From contig CAWGMQ010000003.1 in assembly GCA_963823665.1 (NCBI GenBank), forward strand, positions 1,841,159-1,905,158: DNA of 64,000 bases, given 5' to 3'. The notes beneath the pieces are model-generated. The model saw only the letters and a list, made by a program, of their open reading frames with translations. It was not told the DNA's origin and did not search any database. Shown here piece by piece: positions 49,403 through 61,400 of the stretch. The translations under genes and the position numbers were made by a program. Positions within the stretch are counted from its first letter, which is position 1. Every line of letters starts with the position of its first letter. Origin of the DNA: an uncultured Planctomycetota bacterium. Its GTDB lineage: Bacteria > Planctomycetota > Planctomycetia > Isosphaerales > Isosphaeraceae.

Positions 49403-52400
49403 TCATCCCAGGGAAAGGCCGGATTTCAGTTTGTGGCCCTTCGCCCGGGTCGCCAGCGTCAAGTCGAGCGCCGATACGGTGCCGTCGCCGTTGACGTCGG
49501 CGCTCAAGGGCGCGAGCCCGGTCGGGTTTGACAGATTGATTTCGGCGGCGATTTCGTTCAGGTCGTTGCTGTCTACGGTGCCATCACCCGTGACGTCGCC
49601 GAGCAGGCGGTAGAAGTGGTGCATGTCGGTTGCGCCGCTCGGGAGATTGATATCGAGCTCGTAATAGCCATCAGCCGTCGTCGTGTTGGGGCTGCTGCCC
49701 AGGCCGTTTGTGCCGAAGTCGAGCTCGATGGCGTGGTCGATCACCGCTACGCTCACGCCGGCGAGCGAGACGGGCGTCTTGCTCGATGCGTCGTCGTTCA
49801 AGTCGTACTGGTAGAGCTGGATCTCGGGTGATGCCGTTTTGAGAGAATTGACGATCTGGGTGAGCTCGCCGCCGGACTGGGTGTCGGATTCGTTGAAGCC
49901 GACTTGCAGGTACCGGATGTAGGAACGCTCGACGGCGCCGTCTTCGACGATCAAGCTGGTTGTCTGGAGCTGGGCGGCGGTTGCGAAGGTTTCTGTAAGG
50001 GTGAGGTTGGGGGTTGTGGGGCCGGACTGCGTGTTGCCGGTACCGTCGATGCCGATGCTGTAGAAGGCGTAGGTGTGCTGGGTGCCGTCGGTGAGGCCCT
50101 GGTAGGGGATTGTTGCGTGGACAATTCCGGAGGTGTCTGCAGGGCCGGCGGGGATCGGTGCTGCCGCTGGCGTGTATGGGCCGGAGTCGACGGACACGAA
50201 GACCTCGAAGTAGGTCACGATACCGCCGCCGGGGTCATTGCCGGTCAGGTTGAGCGTGAAGGTGCCCGTGGCGGTATTCACCGTGCTCGGGTTGGTGCCG
50301 GTCGTGCTGTCGACCATGGTCACCGGCGGGGTCAGGTTGGGCAGATAGGTGCTGGCCTCGATCGTGGGCGTTTTGACTTCGGTGTTGCCGGCGAGGTCGT
50401 GGGCGATGCTGTAGAAGGCGTAGGTTGTGTTGCTCTGGCCGGTGAAGCCGGCAGTTGGGTTGGAGGCGGGGACGGTGGTCCAGAGCGTCCACGCTCCGCC
50501 GTTGGTGCTCGAGTAGATGTCGTAGGATTTCACGCCGGAGGGTGGTGAGCCTGAGTCGGAGCCGGTGACGGAGACGGGGAACGTGAGGCTGGTGCCGCGC
50601 TGGGCGAGCGGGCTGACCTTGCTTGTGGGGGGACTTGTGTCCATCAACCATGAGGTCGACGCGGTTCCCGAGCCGGGGTTGCCGTATGTGTCCTGGATGG
50701 CGGCGGCGTTCACGGTAAGCGTGTAATTGCCGTTGCTTTTGGTCAGCCCGGAGAGGCCGTTGATTTGATACGTCGAACCCGTCACAGACGCGAACGAAAC
50801 CGCGCTCGTGACGACGTTCACGCCGCCATTATCGGTGAGGGTGACGCTGGAGTCGGTGAACGTGTTCAGATTGATGGGCATGCTGAAGGTGACGTCGATG
50901 CTGGACACGGACGTGTTCCGGGGATTGGGTGAGACCGCGGCGATCGAGGTGACACTGAGGGGTGAGATGATCTGCACGGTTTGCCGCGCGGCCGTCGGGG
51001 TGGGCTGGACGTTGCCTGCGTTGTCGGTTGCGATGCTGTAGAAGCCATAGGTGTGGCCGGCCTGGCCGGTGAAGCTGGCGGAGGGAGTTGCGGGTGTCAC
51101 GGTGGCGAATTCTGTGTAGGGCCCGCCGTCCTTGGAGTCGTAGAGTGCGATCGAAGCGACCCCTGAGGGTGTGCTGCCGCCCGACCCGGTTGGGTCGCTG
51201 CTGGTCGCTGAGACGTTGAAGCTCGTGGAGGTGGTCTGCGCCGGCAGTGCGCTGACGGTACTCGTCGGTGGAGTCGTGTCCATCAGCCAGGAGGTGGAGA
51301 GCGAGCCGGTGCCCGGGTTGCCGTAGGCGTCGGAAATGCCGGCCGCGTTCACGGTCAGGCTGTAAGTGCCTTCGGCGGTACTAAGCCCGGCCAGGCCGTT
51401 GATGTCGTACGTGCTACCCGAGACGAGGGCGAGCGAGACGGCGCTGGTGATCGTGACCGGGTTGCTGTTGTCGGTCAGAGTCAGTGCGCTGGCGCCGAAT
51501 GAGCTGGAGTTGACCGGGATGCTGAACGTGACGGCGACAGTCGAGACCGGGGTGTTTCGCGGGTTGGGTGTGACCGCGGCGATCGAAGTCACGGATGCAG
51601 GAGTGATGATCTGCACGCTTTGCTGGGGGGCGGTGGGCGTGGGCTGGACGTTGCCGGCGCTATCGGTTGCGATGCTGTAGAAGCCGTAGGTGTGGCCGGC
51701 TTGGCCGGTGAAGCTGGCCGAGGGACTTGCGGGTGTCACGGTGGCGAATTCTGTGTAGGGCCCGCCGTCCTTGGAGTCGTAGAGTGCGATCGAAGCGACC
51801 CCTGAGGGTGTGCTGCCGCCCGACCCGGTTGGGTCGCTGCTGGTCGCTGAGACGTTGAAGCTCGTGGAGGTGGTCTGCGCCGGCAGTGCGCTGACGGTAC
51901 TCGTCGGTGGGGTCGTGTCCATCAGCCAGGACGTGGAGAGCGAGCCGGTGCCCGGGTTGCCGTAGGCGTCGGAAATGCCGGCCGCGTTCACGGTCAGGCT
52001 GTAAGTGCCTTCGGCGGTACTAAGCCCGGCCAGGCCGTTGATGTCGTACGTGCTGCCCGAGACGAGGCTGAGAGAGACGGCGCTGGTGATCGTGACCGGG
52101 TTGCTGTTGTCGGTCAGAGTCAGTGTGCTGGCGCCGAATGAGCTGGGGTTGACCGGTGTGCTGAACGTGACGAAGACGGTCGAGACTGGCGTGTTTCGTG
52201 GGTTGGGTGTGACCGCGGCGATCGAGGTTACGGACACAGGTGGGAGGATCTGGACGGTCGCCTGGGCCGTGGCCGGCGTGGCCTGGACGTTGCCGGCGTT
52301 GTCGGTCGCGATGCTATAGAAGCTATAAGTGTGGCCGGATTGGCCGGTGAACGTGGCGGACGGGTTGGCGGACGTAACGCTCGTCCAGAACGTGAATGCG

Positions 52401-55400
52401 TCATTGTCTTCCGAGTCGTAGACGGCATACGACGAGACGCCCGAGGGGGTGCTGCCGTTTGCTCCAGTCGGGTCGCTGCCGGTAACGGAGATCGTAAAGC
52501 TCGTGGACGTTGTCTGCGCCGGCAGCGGGTTGACCGTGCTTGTCGGTGGCGTGGTGTCCATCAACCAAGACGTGGAGAGCGTTCCCGCGCCTGGGTTGCC
52601 GTATTCACCCTCGATGCCCGTGGCGTTGACGGTCAAGGTATAGCTACCTTCGGCCGAAGTTAGCCCCGCCAGTCCGCCAATCTGGTAGGTGGTGCCCGAG
52701 ACGAGCGTGACCGTGGCGGCACTCGTGATCAGGTTGGGCCCGTTGTTGTCCGTCAGCGACAACGCGCCCGCGATCAGGCTGCTCGTGTTGATCGGCACGT
52801 TGAAGGTGACGTTGATGGTCGAAACGGCCGTGTTCCGCGGGTTGGGCGAGACGGGCGCGATCGAGTCGATGGTCAGGGAGTCTGAGATCACATCGGTGAC
52901 GGTGCCGCTGGCGCTCGTGTAGTTTCCATTGCCCGCGAACGTCCACGTGTCGGTGTAGGTGCCGGGGTTTGTATGAGTGGTGCCGCTCAGATCCAGCAGG
53001 GCGCTCAAGTCAGCCGGCGTGGGCGACTCGACGCCCGTGGCTGTTCCCGTCGCGGTGTGCGGCTGAATGTCATACCCGACACTGTACGGAGTGACCACGA
53101 TCGTCGCGCTTGCCTTGGTGATCGTCAGTTCGACTGTGTTCGAGGTGCTGCTCATGTTGGCGGCATCGCCGCCGTAGACCGCCGTGATCGTATACGGACT
53201 GCTGCTTGCGGCCAGCATGGACGTGCTGAACGAGGCCGCGTCGATGCCGTTGTCGATGCTTAGCATACCGGTGCCGATCTGATCGGCCGGTGTGACCGCC
53301 CCGGCGTAGAATGTCACGGTGCCCGTCGGGGCTGCCGGGCTGGCGACCGTGGCCGTGAAGGTTACCGATTGGCCGTAAACCGCGGAGGCCGCCGTGGACG
53401 TGAGTGTCGTCGACGTGCTTGCGGCGGTCACGTCGACCAAGACGCTCGCTGTCGTCGTGCCCCCGAAGTACTCCGAGACTGTCTCGACGACGTCGTACAT
53501 CCCCGCCTTCGCAAAGGTGTGAGCCAGGGCGTTGCTCCCGGAAGTCGTCGGCGAGAATGTCGAGCTCTGGCCATCGCCCCAGTTGATCGTGTCCAAAAAC
53601 GGACCAATGCCTGTGATGGCGAGCGCTCCGAGATTAATCGACGTGTTCACACCGGCGACGGTGCTCTGCGAGGCGGTCGGTGCGGTCACGACCGGGGGGA
53701 CGTCCAGAGAGGTGACCACCGCGACGGACTGCTCCCACCCCACGTTCAGGTCGATGACCGTGAATGTCACCGTGTCGGTTCCGGCGTTGCCCGGGGTGAA
53801 CGTGAACGTGGTGCCGATGCCGTCGGCGATCTGCTGGCCGGAAGCGGTCACAGCGTGCCAGTCGTAGACTTGCGACGTGTCGCCAGTTGGGTCGAAGAAA
53901 GAGCCGGTGAGGGTGATGGGGGATCCCTCATCGATCGATTGGTTGGGGCCGGCCGAGACGTTCAAAGCCGGGGTCTGCGCCAGCATGTTCACGGCGCCCG
54001 AGCCGTAGACGATCGTGTCCACTGGCGGGTCTGCGATCGTGTCGTCGGCCGAGCCGGCGATGATCGTGTCGTCGCCCGAGCCGGCGTACATCGTGTCGCC
54101 AAGGCCGGGGGTTGTGGAGGGATACGCCGCAGTCGTCCCAGCGGCGAAAGTGTACATAAAGAGCTCGTAATCGCCGGTCAACGGCTGACTGAGAGCCGCC
54201 GAATTGGGAGACGAGGTCACCATCGCGTAATAGGTGCCCGTGGTGGGAAGGGTCAGGTCGATGATCGAAGAATCGGGACCCTGGAACGAGTCATCGTTGT
54301 ATTCGATTACCTGGCCGCTTGAGTCGTAGATGACGAGGTAGGTGTTGAAAGGGCCCTGGTTGTCGCCAGTGGGAGGCGTGCCGGCAGGCGCCACGGATCG
54401 GGTAAGGGCCGACGACATGAGCTGGAAGTTGATCAAGGTGCCGGCTTCGGCGGTGAACGAGTAAAAGTCGGTGTTTGATGCTCCGTTTGTCTCCCCAAGG
54501 TATCCCACGACGTCAGCGGCGGTGACGTCGAAGTCCTTGTCGGTGTTCACCCCCTCAAGGTCCGTATCGGGCACGACCAAATTTGCGAGCGTGACCGGCT
54601 GGGCGTCTGCCATCGAATCGTGCGGAGCGATTTGTTCGTTGGTCGGCGAGCCGTTTTCGCCGTAGGACAATGCGATCGCGTCCCGTTCGCTAATGAACGG
54701 GTCGTTGATCGCATCCTCGAGGGTCGCGTTCACCGAGGCACCGGAGGCCATGATGTCCAGGATCGCCTGGTCGGCATCGACGGGGCCGGGATAAGGAGGA
54801 TTGTAGAGGTCGGGGTTGACTCCAGAGTAGATCCCCGAGCCGATCGGTCCGTACGCGTCGGTGTGCTCGAGGCCGGAGAGGTGGCCCAGCTCGTGTGCGG
54901 CGATCGTGGCGGAGAGGCCGATGAAGTCGGCGCTCGTGGCGGCGGGCTCGCCGGGACCGCCCAGGAAGTTATTGACGTTGACTCCGGCGGAATCAGCGGG
55001 GATGACGTCGAGGTTGTTATCGGTGAGTGTCGTCGTGCCCGAGATGTCGAGATCGCGCCAGTCGATCTCCGACGAGATTCCCCCCTCGAGTCCGACCAGT
55101 GCCGGGTCGTTGAAATAGATCGCTGTGTACGGGCCCGATTGCGGCTGTTCCTGCGTGAACGCGTACGAGAACGCAGAATAGTCGGCCGTGATTTGCGCCT
55201 GGATCGCGTCGCGCTCGGCCTGGGTATAGAAGTGCTGATCCGGGAGCTCGTAGGTGTTGAAGTCGAGATAGACAGTGCGTGTGACGGCCCCTTCGATCAG
55301 GTTATTGCCGGCCAGGCCGACGATCTGGTCGTCACCGCCGCCGCCGATCAAGGTGTTGTCGTTGGTGTTGCCGATAATGGTATCGTTGTACGAACTGCCC

Positions 55401-58400
55401 AGCACGGTGTCGATTTCGTCAGGGTCGGCCAAGGTCAAGGTGAGCGCGCCGTCGCCCAGCGTGGCCGGCATCACCGCCTGGGGGCCGGACTGGGTGAGAT
55501 TGATCGAGATTCCGGTGGGGGCCTGGGAGAAATCGAGGCCGGCGACGGGGCTAGTTGGCGGCCCGATCGGTTCCAAGATGGTCTGGCTGCCACTCGAGGT
55601 GTCGTTAAAGGCGAAGGTATCGCCGCCGCCGCCGCCGACCAGCGAGTCGTTACCAGAACCTCCCTCGAGGGTGTCGGGGCCTTGTGAGCCGATCAAGGTG
55701 TCGTTGCCCGTTCCGCCCTGGAGGATGGCGCTGCCCGAGAAGGCCGAGGCGTCCAAGGTGAAGTTGCCAGTGCCCGCGGCCAGGATCGCGTGCTGGAACC
55801 CGCTGATGGTGGAGACAGAGGGCGAGCTTCCACCTGTCGTCGAGAAGGTCGTGTCGGTGAGCGTCATGTTCGTCGAGCCAAAAAACATCAGCCACGAATC
55901 GAACCCGCCGCCGATCAAAACGTCGTCGCCGCCGCCGCCGGAGATTGAGGCATTGCCTGTCCCGCCCGAGATCGTGCTGGCGCCGGCGCCGCCGTAGATG
56001 ACGTCGTTGCCCGAGCCGCCCACGATTGAGTCGTTGCCGGTGCCGGCGGCGATCGTGGTGTCGCCCGTGCCACCGACGATGATGTCGTCGCCGTAGCCGC
56101 CCTTGATCAGATCGTTGCCGCTGCCGCCGGTGACCGTGCTCGACAGGTTGCCGGAGATCAGGACGTCGTTACCCGAGCCGCCGACGATCGACTCGGCACC
56201 AAAGCCGCCCACGATCGAATCGTTGCCCGAGCCGCCGTAGATGATGTCGTCGCCATTGCCGCCGACGATGGTATCATTGCCGGATCCGCCGGTGATCGTG
56301 CTCGACAGGAGACCACCGTAAATGATGTCGTTGCCCGACCCGCCGAAGATCGAGTCGCTACCGCTGCCGCCTGTGATCGAGTCGTTACCCGTACCACCGA
56401 CGATGGTGGCGTCGCCTGTTCCACCGACGATGGTGTCGTTGCCTGTGCCGCCAAAGATCGTGTCGTTGCCGGGCCCGCCGAAGACCCAGTCATTGGCCGT
56501 GCCCACCACGATCTCGTCATTGCCGGATCCGGCGAAGATCGTCGTGTCGGTTGGACCACCGTAGATCACCTCGTTGCCCGATCCGCCGATGATCGTCTCG
56601 TGGCCCGAGCCGGCGGTGATGGTCGTGTCGCCCGTCGTGGCGTAGATGATGTCGTTGCCCGAGCCGCCGGTGATCGTATCGTGGCCCGAGCCGGCGGTGA
56701 TGGTGGTGTTGCCGGTGGTCGAGTAGATGATGTCGTTGCCGGATCCGCCGGTGATGGTGTCGTGGCCCGAGCCGGCGGTGATGGTGGTGTTGCCGGTGGT
56801 CGAATAGATGATGTCGTTGCCGGATCCGCCGGTGATGGTGTCGTGGCCCGAGCCTGCGGTGATGGTGGTGTTGCCGGTGGTCGAGTAGATGATGTCGTTG
56901 CCGGATCCGCCGGTGATGGTGTCGTGGCCCGAACCGGCGGTGATGGTGGTGTTGCCTGTGGTCGAGTAGATGATGTCGTTGCCCGAGCCACCGGTGATCG
57001 TATCGTGGCCCGAACCGGCGGTGATGGTGGTGTTGCCTGTGGTCGAGTAGATGATGTCGTTGCCGGATCCGCCGGTGATGGTATCGTGGCCCGAGCCGGC
57101 GGTGATGGACGTGTTGCCTGTGGTCGAATAGATGATGTCGTTGCCGGATCCGCCGGTGACGGTATCGTGGCCCGAGCCTGCGGTGATGGACGTGTTGCCT
57201 GTGGTCGAATAGATGATGTCGTTGCCGGATCCGCCGGTGATGGTATCGTGGCCCGAGCCTGCGGTGATGGTCGTGTTGCCGGTGGTGGAATAGATGATGT
57301 CATTGCCCGATCCGCCGGTGATCGTATCGTGACCCGAACCGGCCGAGATGGACGTGTTGCCGGTGGTCGAGTAGATGATGTCGTTGCCCGATCCGCCGGT
57401 GATCGTATCGTGGCCAGAGCCGGCGGTGATGGTCGTGTTGCCTGTGGTCGAATAGATGATGTCGTTGCCCGATCCGCCGGTGATGGAGTCGTTACCCGAG
57501 CCGGCCGTGATCGTATTGTTGCCGGAGGTTGCGTAGACGAGCTCGTTGTCGTCACTGAGCGTGACGTTGTTGCCACTGGGCGAGCCGACATACGCGTTGA
57601 TCTTGGCCTCGAGCGTGACCTCATCGTTGTTCGAGTCAACGATCTGCTGCTGGCCTGACTGCATGCCCAGGTTGATGGTGATCGGCGAGGTGGCGATCGA
57701 GAAGTCGAGCGTATTGGACCCGCTGGCGCCGATCACGAGTGGGTCATGTCCAGGGTTGATCTGGAACATGGCACTCCCCGTGCCGCCCACGAGCGTGTCG
57801 TCACCGGCGTTGGATACAAGCGTGTCGTCGCCGGCCCCGCCAACCAGGCTGTTCGCGCCCGGACCGCCGACCAGCAAGTCGTCGGCCGAGCCGGCCAAAA
57901 GGGTTGCGTCGCCGCCGTAGCCGTCAAGCTCGACGGGACTCGGAAACGCGGTCGCGTCCACCAGATCGTTCGAGCCGTAGACCAGCGCGATCAGCTCGTC
58001 GGCACTCCCCAAGGACGCAAACGTGGCCGGATTCGCGTGCGCGACGATCATCGACGAGTTGATCGTGATCGTCGCGGCCGACTGGCTGATCACCGCGATC
58101 TGGGCGCTGTCGCTACCGGCACCTCCATCGCTGCTGGTCACGGTGGCGGTCACTGTCCCAACCAGGATTCCGCCCGGGTTCGCGAATGAGAACGTAGACC
58201 CCGTGCCGGTCTGGGTCACCGTCCCGCCCTGGGTCAATGTCCAGGCCACGGTATCGGTGGCGAGCGGATCCGGGTCCGTCACGGCGGCGGTGAGCGTGAT
58301 TGTCGTCGGGCCCTCATTGCCTGCGCTCTCGATCCGAACCGTCGGTGCCGCATTGTTCACGACGGTCGACGTTCCGGCCGAAGTCGTGTTCACGCCGTCC

Positions 58401-61400
58401 GACACCGAAACGTTGATTGCGTATGTGCCACCGGTCAGCTCGCCAGGTGGATTACTCAGATACACATGAGTGGTCGAGTAGGTAAAGATCCCCGGCGTGG
58501 CCGACGGGACGACCTGGCCGTCAAGCTCGCTCAAGACGGTCGGAGTGGAACCATCGCCCCAGTCGATCGTCACCGTGTACGCGCTGAGCGCATCCGGGTC
58601 GGTGAACTGGCCGTTCAAGGTGATCGTGTCTCCCTCGACGGCAGTCGGCGGCGACAGCTTCAGGTCGGCCGCGGTGAACTGCGGCCCAACCTTGTTGACG
58701 GTCACGATCGCCGACGCATAGCCAGCCTTGTCATACTGGTTGGTCGCGGAAGCGATGATTGTATAGTTCTCGGACCCAACCCCCGCCGGATTGTTCAAAT
58801 AGGTATGGCTTGTCGAGAACGTGTCCTGGCCGATAGGGAGAACGATCGTGGTCGGCGCCGAGCCGTCGCCCCAGTTGAGAGCGACCGTGCTCGAGTCGTT
58901 CCCGTCGGGGCTCTTGACTGTCCCGCTGACCTCGACCGCGCCCCCTTCGACGATGGTGGTCGACGACAAGACAAGACCGGGCGACGCGAACTCCGGCGCC
59001 GGGTTGTTGATGACGACAGTCGTTTGTGCGAAGGCGGTCTTGCCGAACGCGTCGGTCAAGGTCACGCCGATACTGTACGAGCCGGAGGCCGGGTCGGTCG
59101 TGTAGTCATGTGGGGCCGCGAAGGCGTAGGACCCCGCCGGGAGGTCGACATCAGTCGGTGCGGACCCATCGCCCCAATCGATCGTGGCGGTGAGATTCGC
59201 TCCAGGGTTGGCATCCGTGAAAGTGCCGCTCACGATCACGGAGTCATAGGGCGCGGGCGCGAGATAGGTGGTGACGGACGAGAACCGAGAGCTGAGCACC
59301 GGGCTGATAGAGATCGACGGCCTCGGCGCCGGTGACTCCCGAACCGATAGCCCCCGCGGCGCCCACGATCAAGGCGCCGGTGTCGAATCCGACCGAGGTG
59401 CCGAAGGCGTCACCCGAAGTCGGGGTCGGTTCTTGAACGGCGGCGATTGCGTTGCCGAAGGTCGGGCTCGACGGATTGGCGTCGAAGAGGTACGCAGCGC
59501 CGGCGTCGCTCGTGCCCAGAAAAGCACCGGGCGCACCGATCAGTGCGGTGTTTTGCGTCCCGGCGACGGAAGCGCCGAAGTTGCCGCCAGCGCCATCGGG
59601 CTGAGCGAACACAGCGAGCAACGTCGCCGGTCCGGGGATCGCGGGAGGCGCGTACAGGAAGGCCGCACCCGCACCATCGTTGTCGTCAGGCGACCCGATG
59701 AGGATGTTGGGCCCAACCGCGGCAACCGCGCTACCGAAGCCGGTCGTGGTCGACGTGTCGGGGTTTGCGATCGACGTGATCAGATTGCCGGTCGTGCCAT
59801 CGAACACGAAGACGCCGCCGGTGGCGCGCTGAGAGGTTCGCAGCCGGGGCGCCGACGATCACACTGTTGCCGTCGCCGGCGACCGCGGCACCGAAATCCG
59901 ACCCGACCTGCGACGTGGGTTTTGAGATTTCGCGCAGCAGCGCGCCGAAGTTCGCCTGGGTCGTGTCGCCCTCGAACTCGTAGACCTCGCCCGTGCCGCT
60001 GTTGTTGCCGGGCGCTCCCACCACGATATTCGTGTTGGTCGCGCCGACCGCTGCGCCGAACTGTGCATCATTCAAGGGGCCGGGGTCAGGGATCGTCAGG
60101 GTCGCCAGCAAGTTACCGAATGTCGTGCTCTCGTCATTGGCGTCGAAGACGTAAACCACGCCGTCGCCCGGTCCCGTAAGCGAACTGCCCGGCGCCCCGA
60201 CCACCAGGTCGTTGCCGACCACCGCGAGCGATGCGCCGAACTCATCGCCGGGCTTAGGATTGGGGTCGGCGAAGACGTGGATCAGCTCGCCATAAGCGTA
60301 GGTCGAGATTGTCTCGTTGGCGGTGGTGACACCGTCGTAGAGATAAACCGCGCCAGTGCCGTTTTCGGACAGGGCGCCGATTGCGACGTTGCCGTAGTTC
60401 GCGGCTACGGAGTCACCAAATCCGTCGCCAGGCGCGGGCGTTGTGTAAGTCAGGGGCGGCAAGTACGCGTTGGGAGTGAAGACCGGCGGCAGGTCGTTGA
60501 CCGCGACCAGGGCGGTTGCGGTGCTGATCCCGCCGAAGCCGTCGTTAACGGTCAACGTCACGGTATCGATCCCCGGTGCCGTGAAGGTGTGGGTCGGCTC
60601 GGGCCCCGACCCCGTACCGCCGTCGCCGAACAACCAGGTGTAGGTGAGCGGACCGCCGCTGGGGTTGAGCGATTCCAGGCCGTCGAATGGGACTGCGGCC
60701 CCTTCGTTGACGGCGAGGTTCGTGAACCCGATGACGGCCGTCGGCGGGGTGTCGACACCGAATGCCTGGGAGAATTCCGAGGTATTGCCGCCGGGATCGG
60801 TGGCCGTGGCCGTTGTGAACCGGGCCCCGGCAGCCGGAGTGGGGAACTGGAAGACGAAGTCGGCGCTGCCCGCGGCGTCGGTCATGACGGACGCCGAGCC
60901 GAGGACGTACCTTCCCTCGCCGTAGCCCGACGCATTGATCGACGATAGCGTATAGAAATCGACGCCGAAGGTCGTGTCGGCCGTGCTGCTCAAACTGCCG
61001 GTCACGGTTGTCACGCCGCCCGCGCTCGAGACCGCCGTGATCACCGGGAAGTTCTCAAAGTCGTTGGGACCGGTGTGCCCGGCCGAGTTGTTCAGCGTGA
61101 CGCCATCGCCTCCTAGGTCGATGCCCAACCCGGTGTTGGAGAAGATCGAGTTGAGCCGGATCTCGTTACCGGTCCCGGCCGTCGCGTCAACATCCACGCC
61201 GATGCCGCTGGAATAAGCGATGGTGTTGCCAGCCCCGGCCGTTGTGCCGCCGATCGTGTTACTGGAAGAGCCGCCGTCCAACTGGATGCCGTTGCCGTTT
61301 CCAAGAGGGTTCATGCCGGTGTCGTCGGTGCCGATCAGGTTGCCTTCGATCAATGCGCCGGTCGTGTCGGCAAAGAGCCCGATGCCCGCGGTTGGATTGG

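Noticed and set aside
56566..57530. Possible CRISPR array
   Set aside because: No unique spacers; in-frame coding repeats with third-position variation; no cas genes
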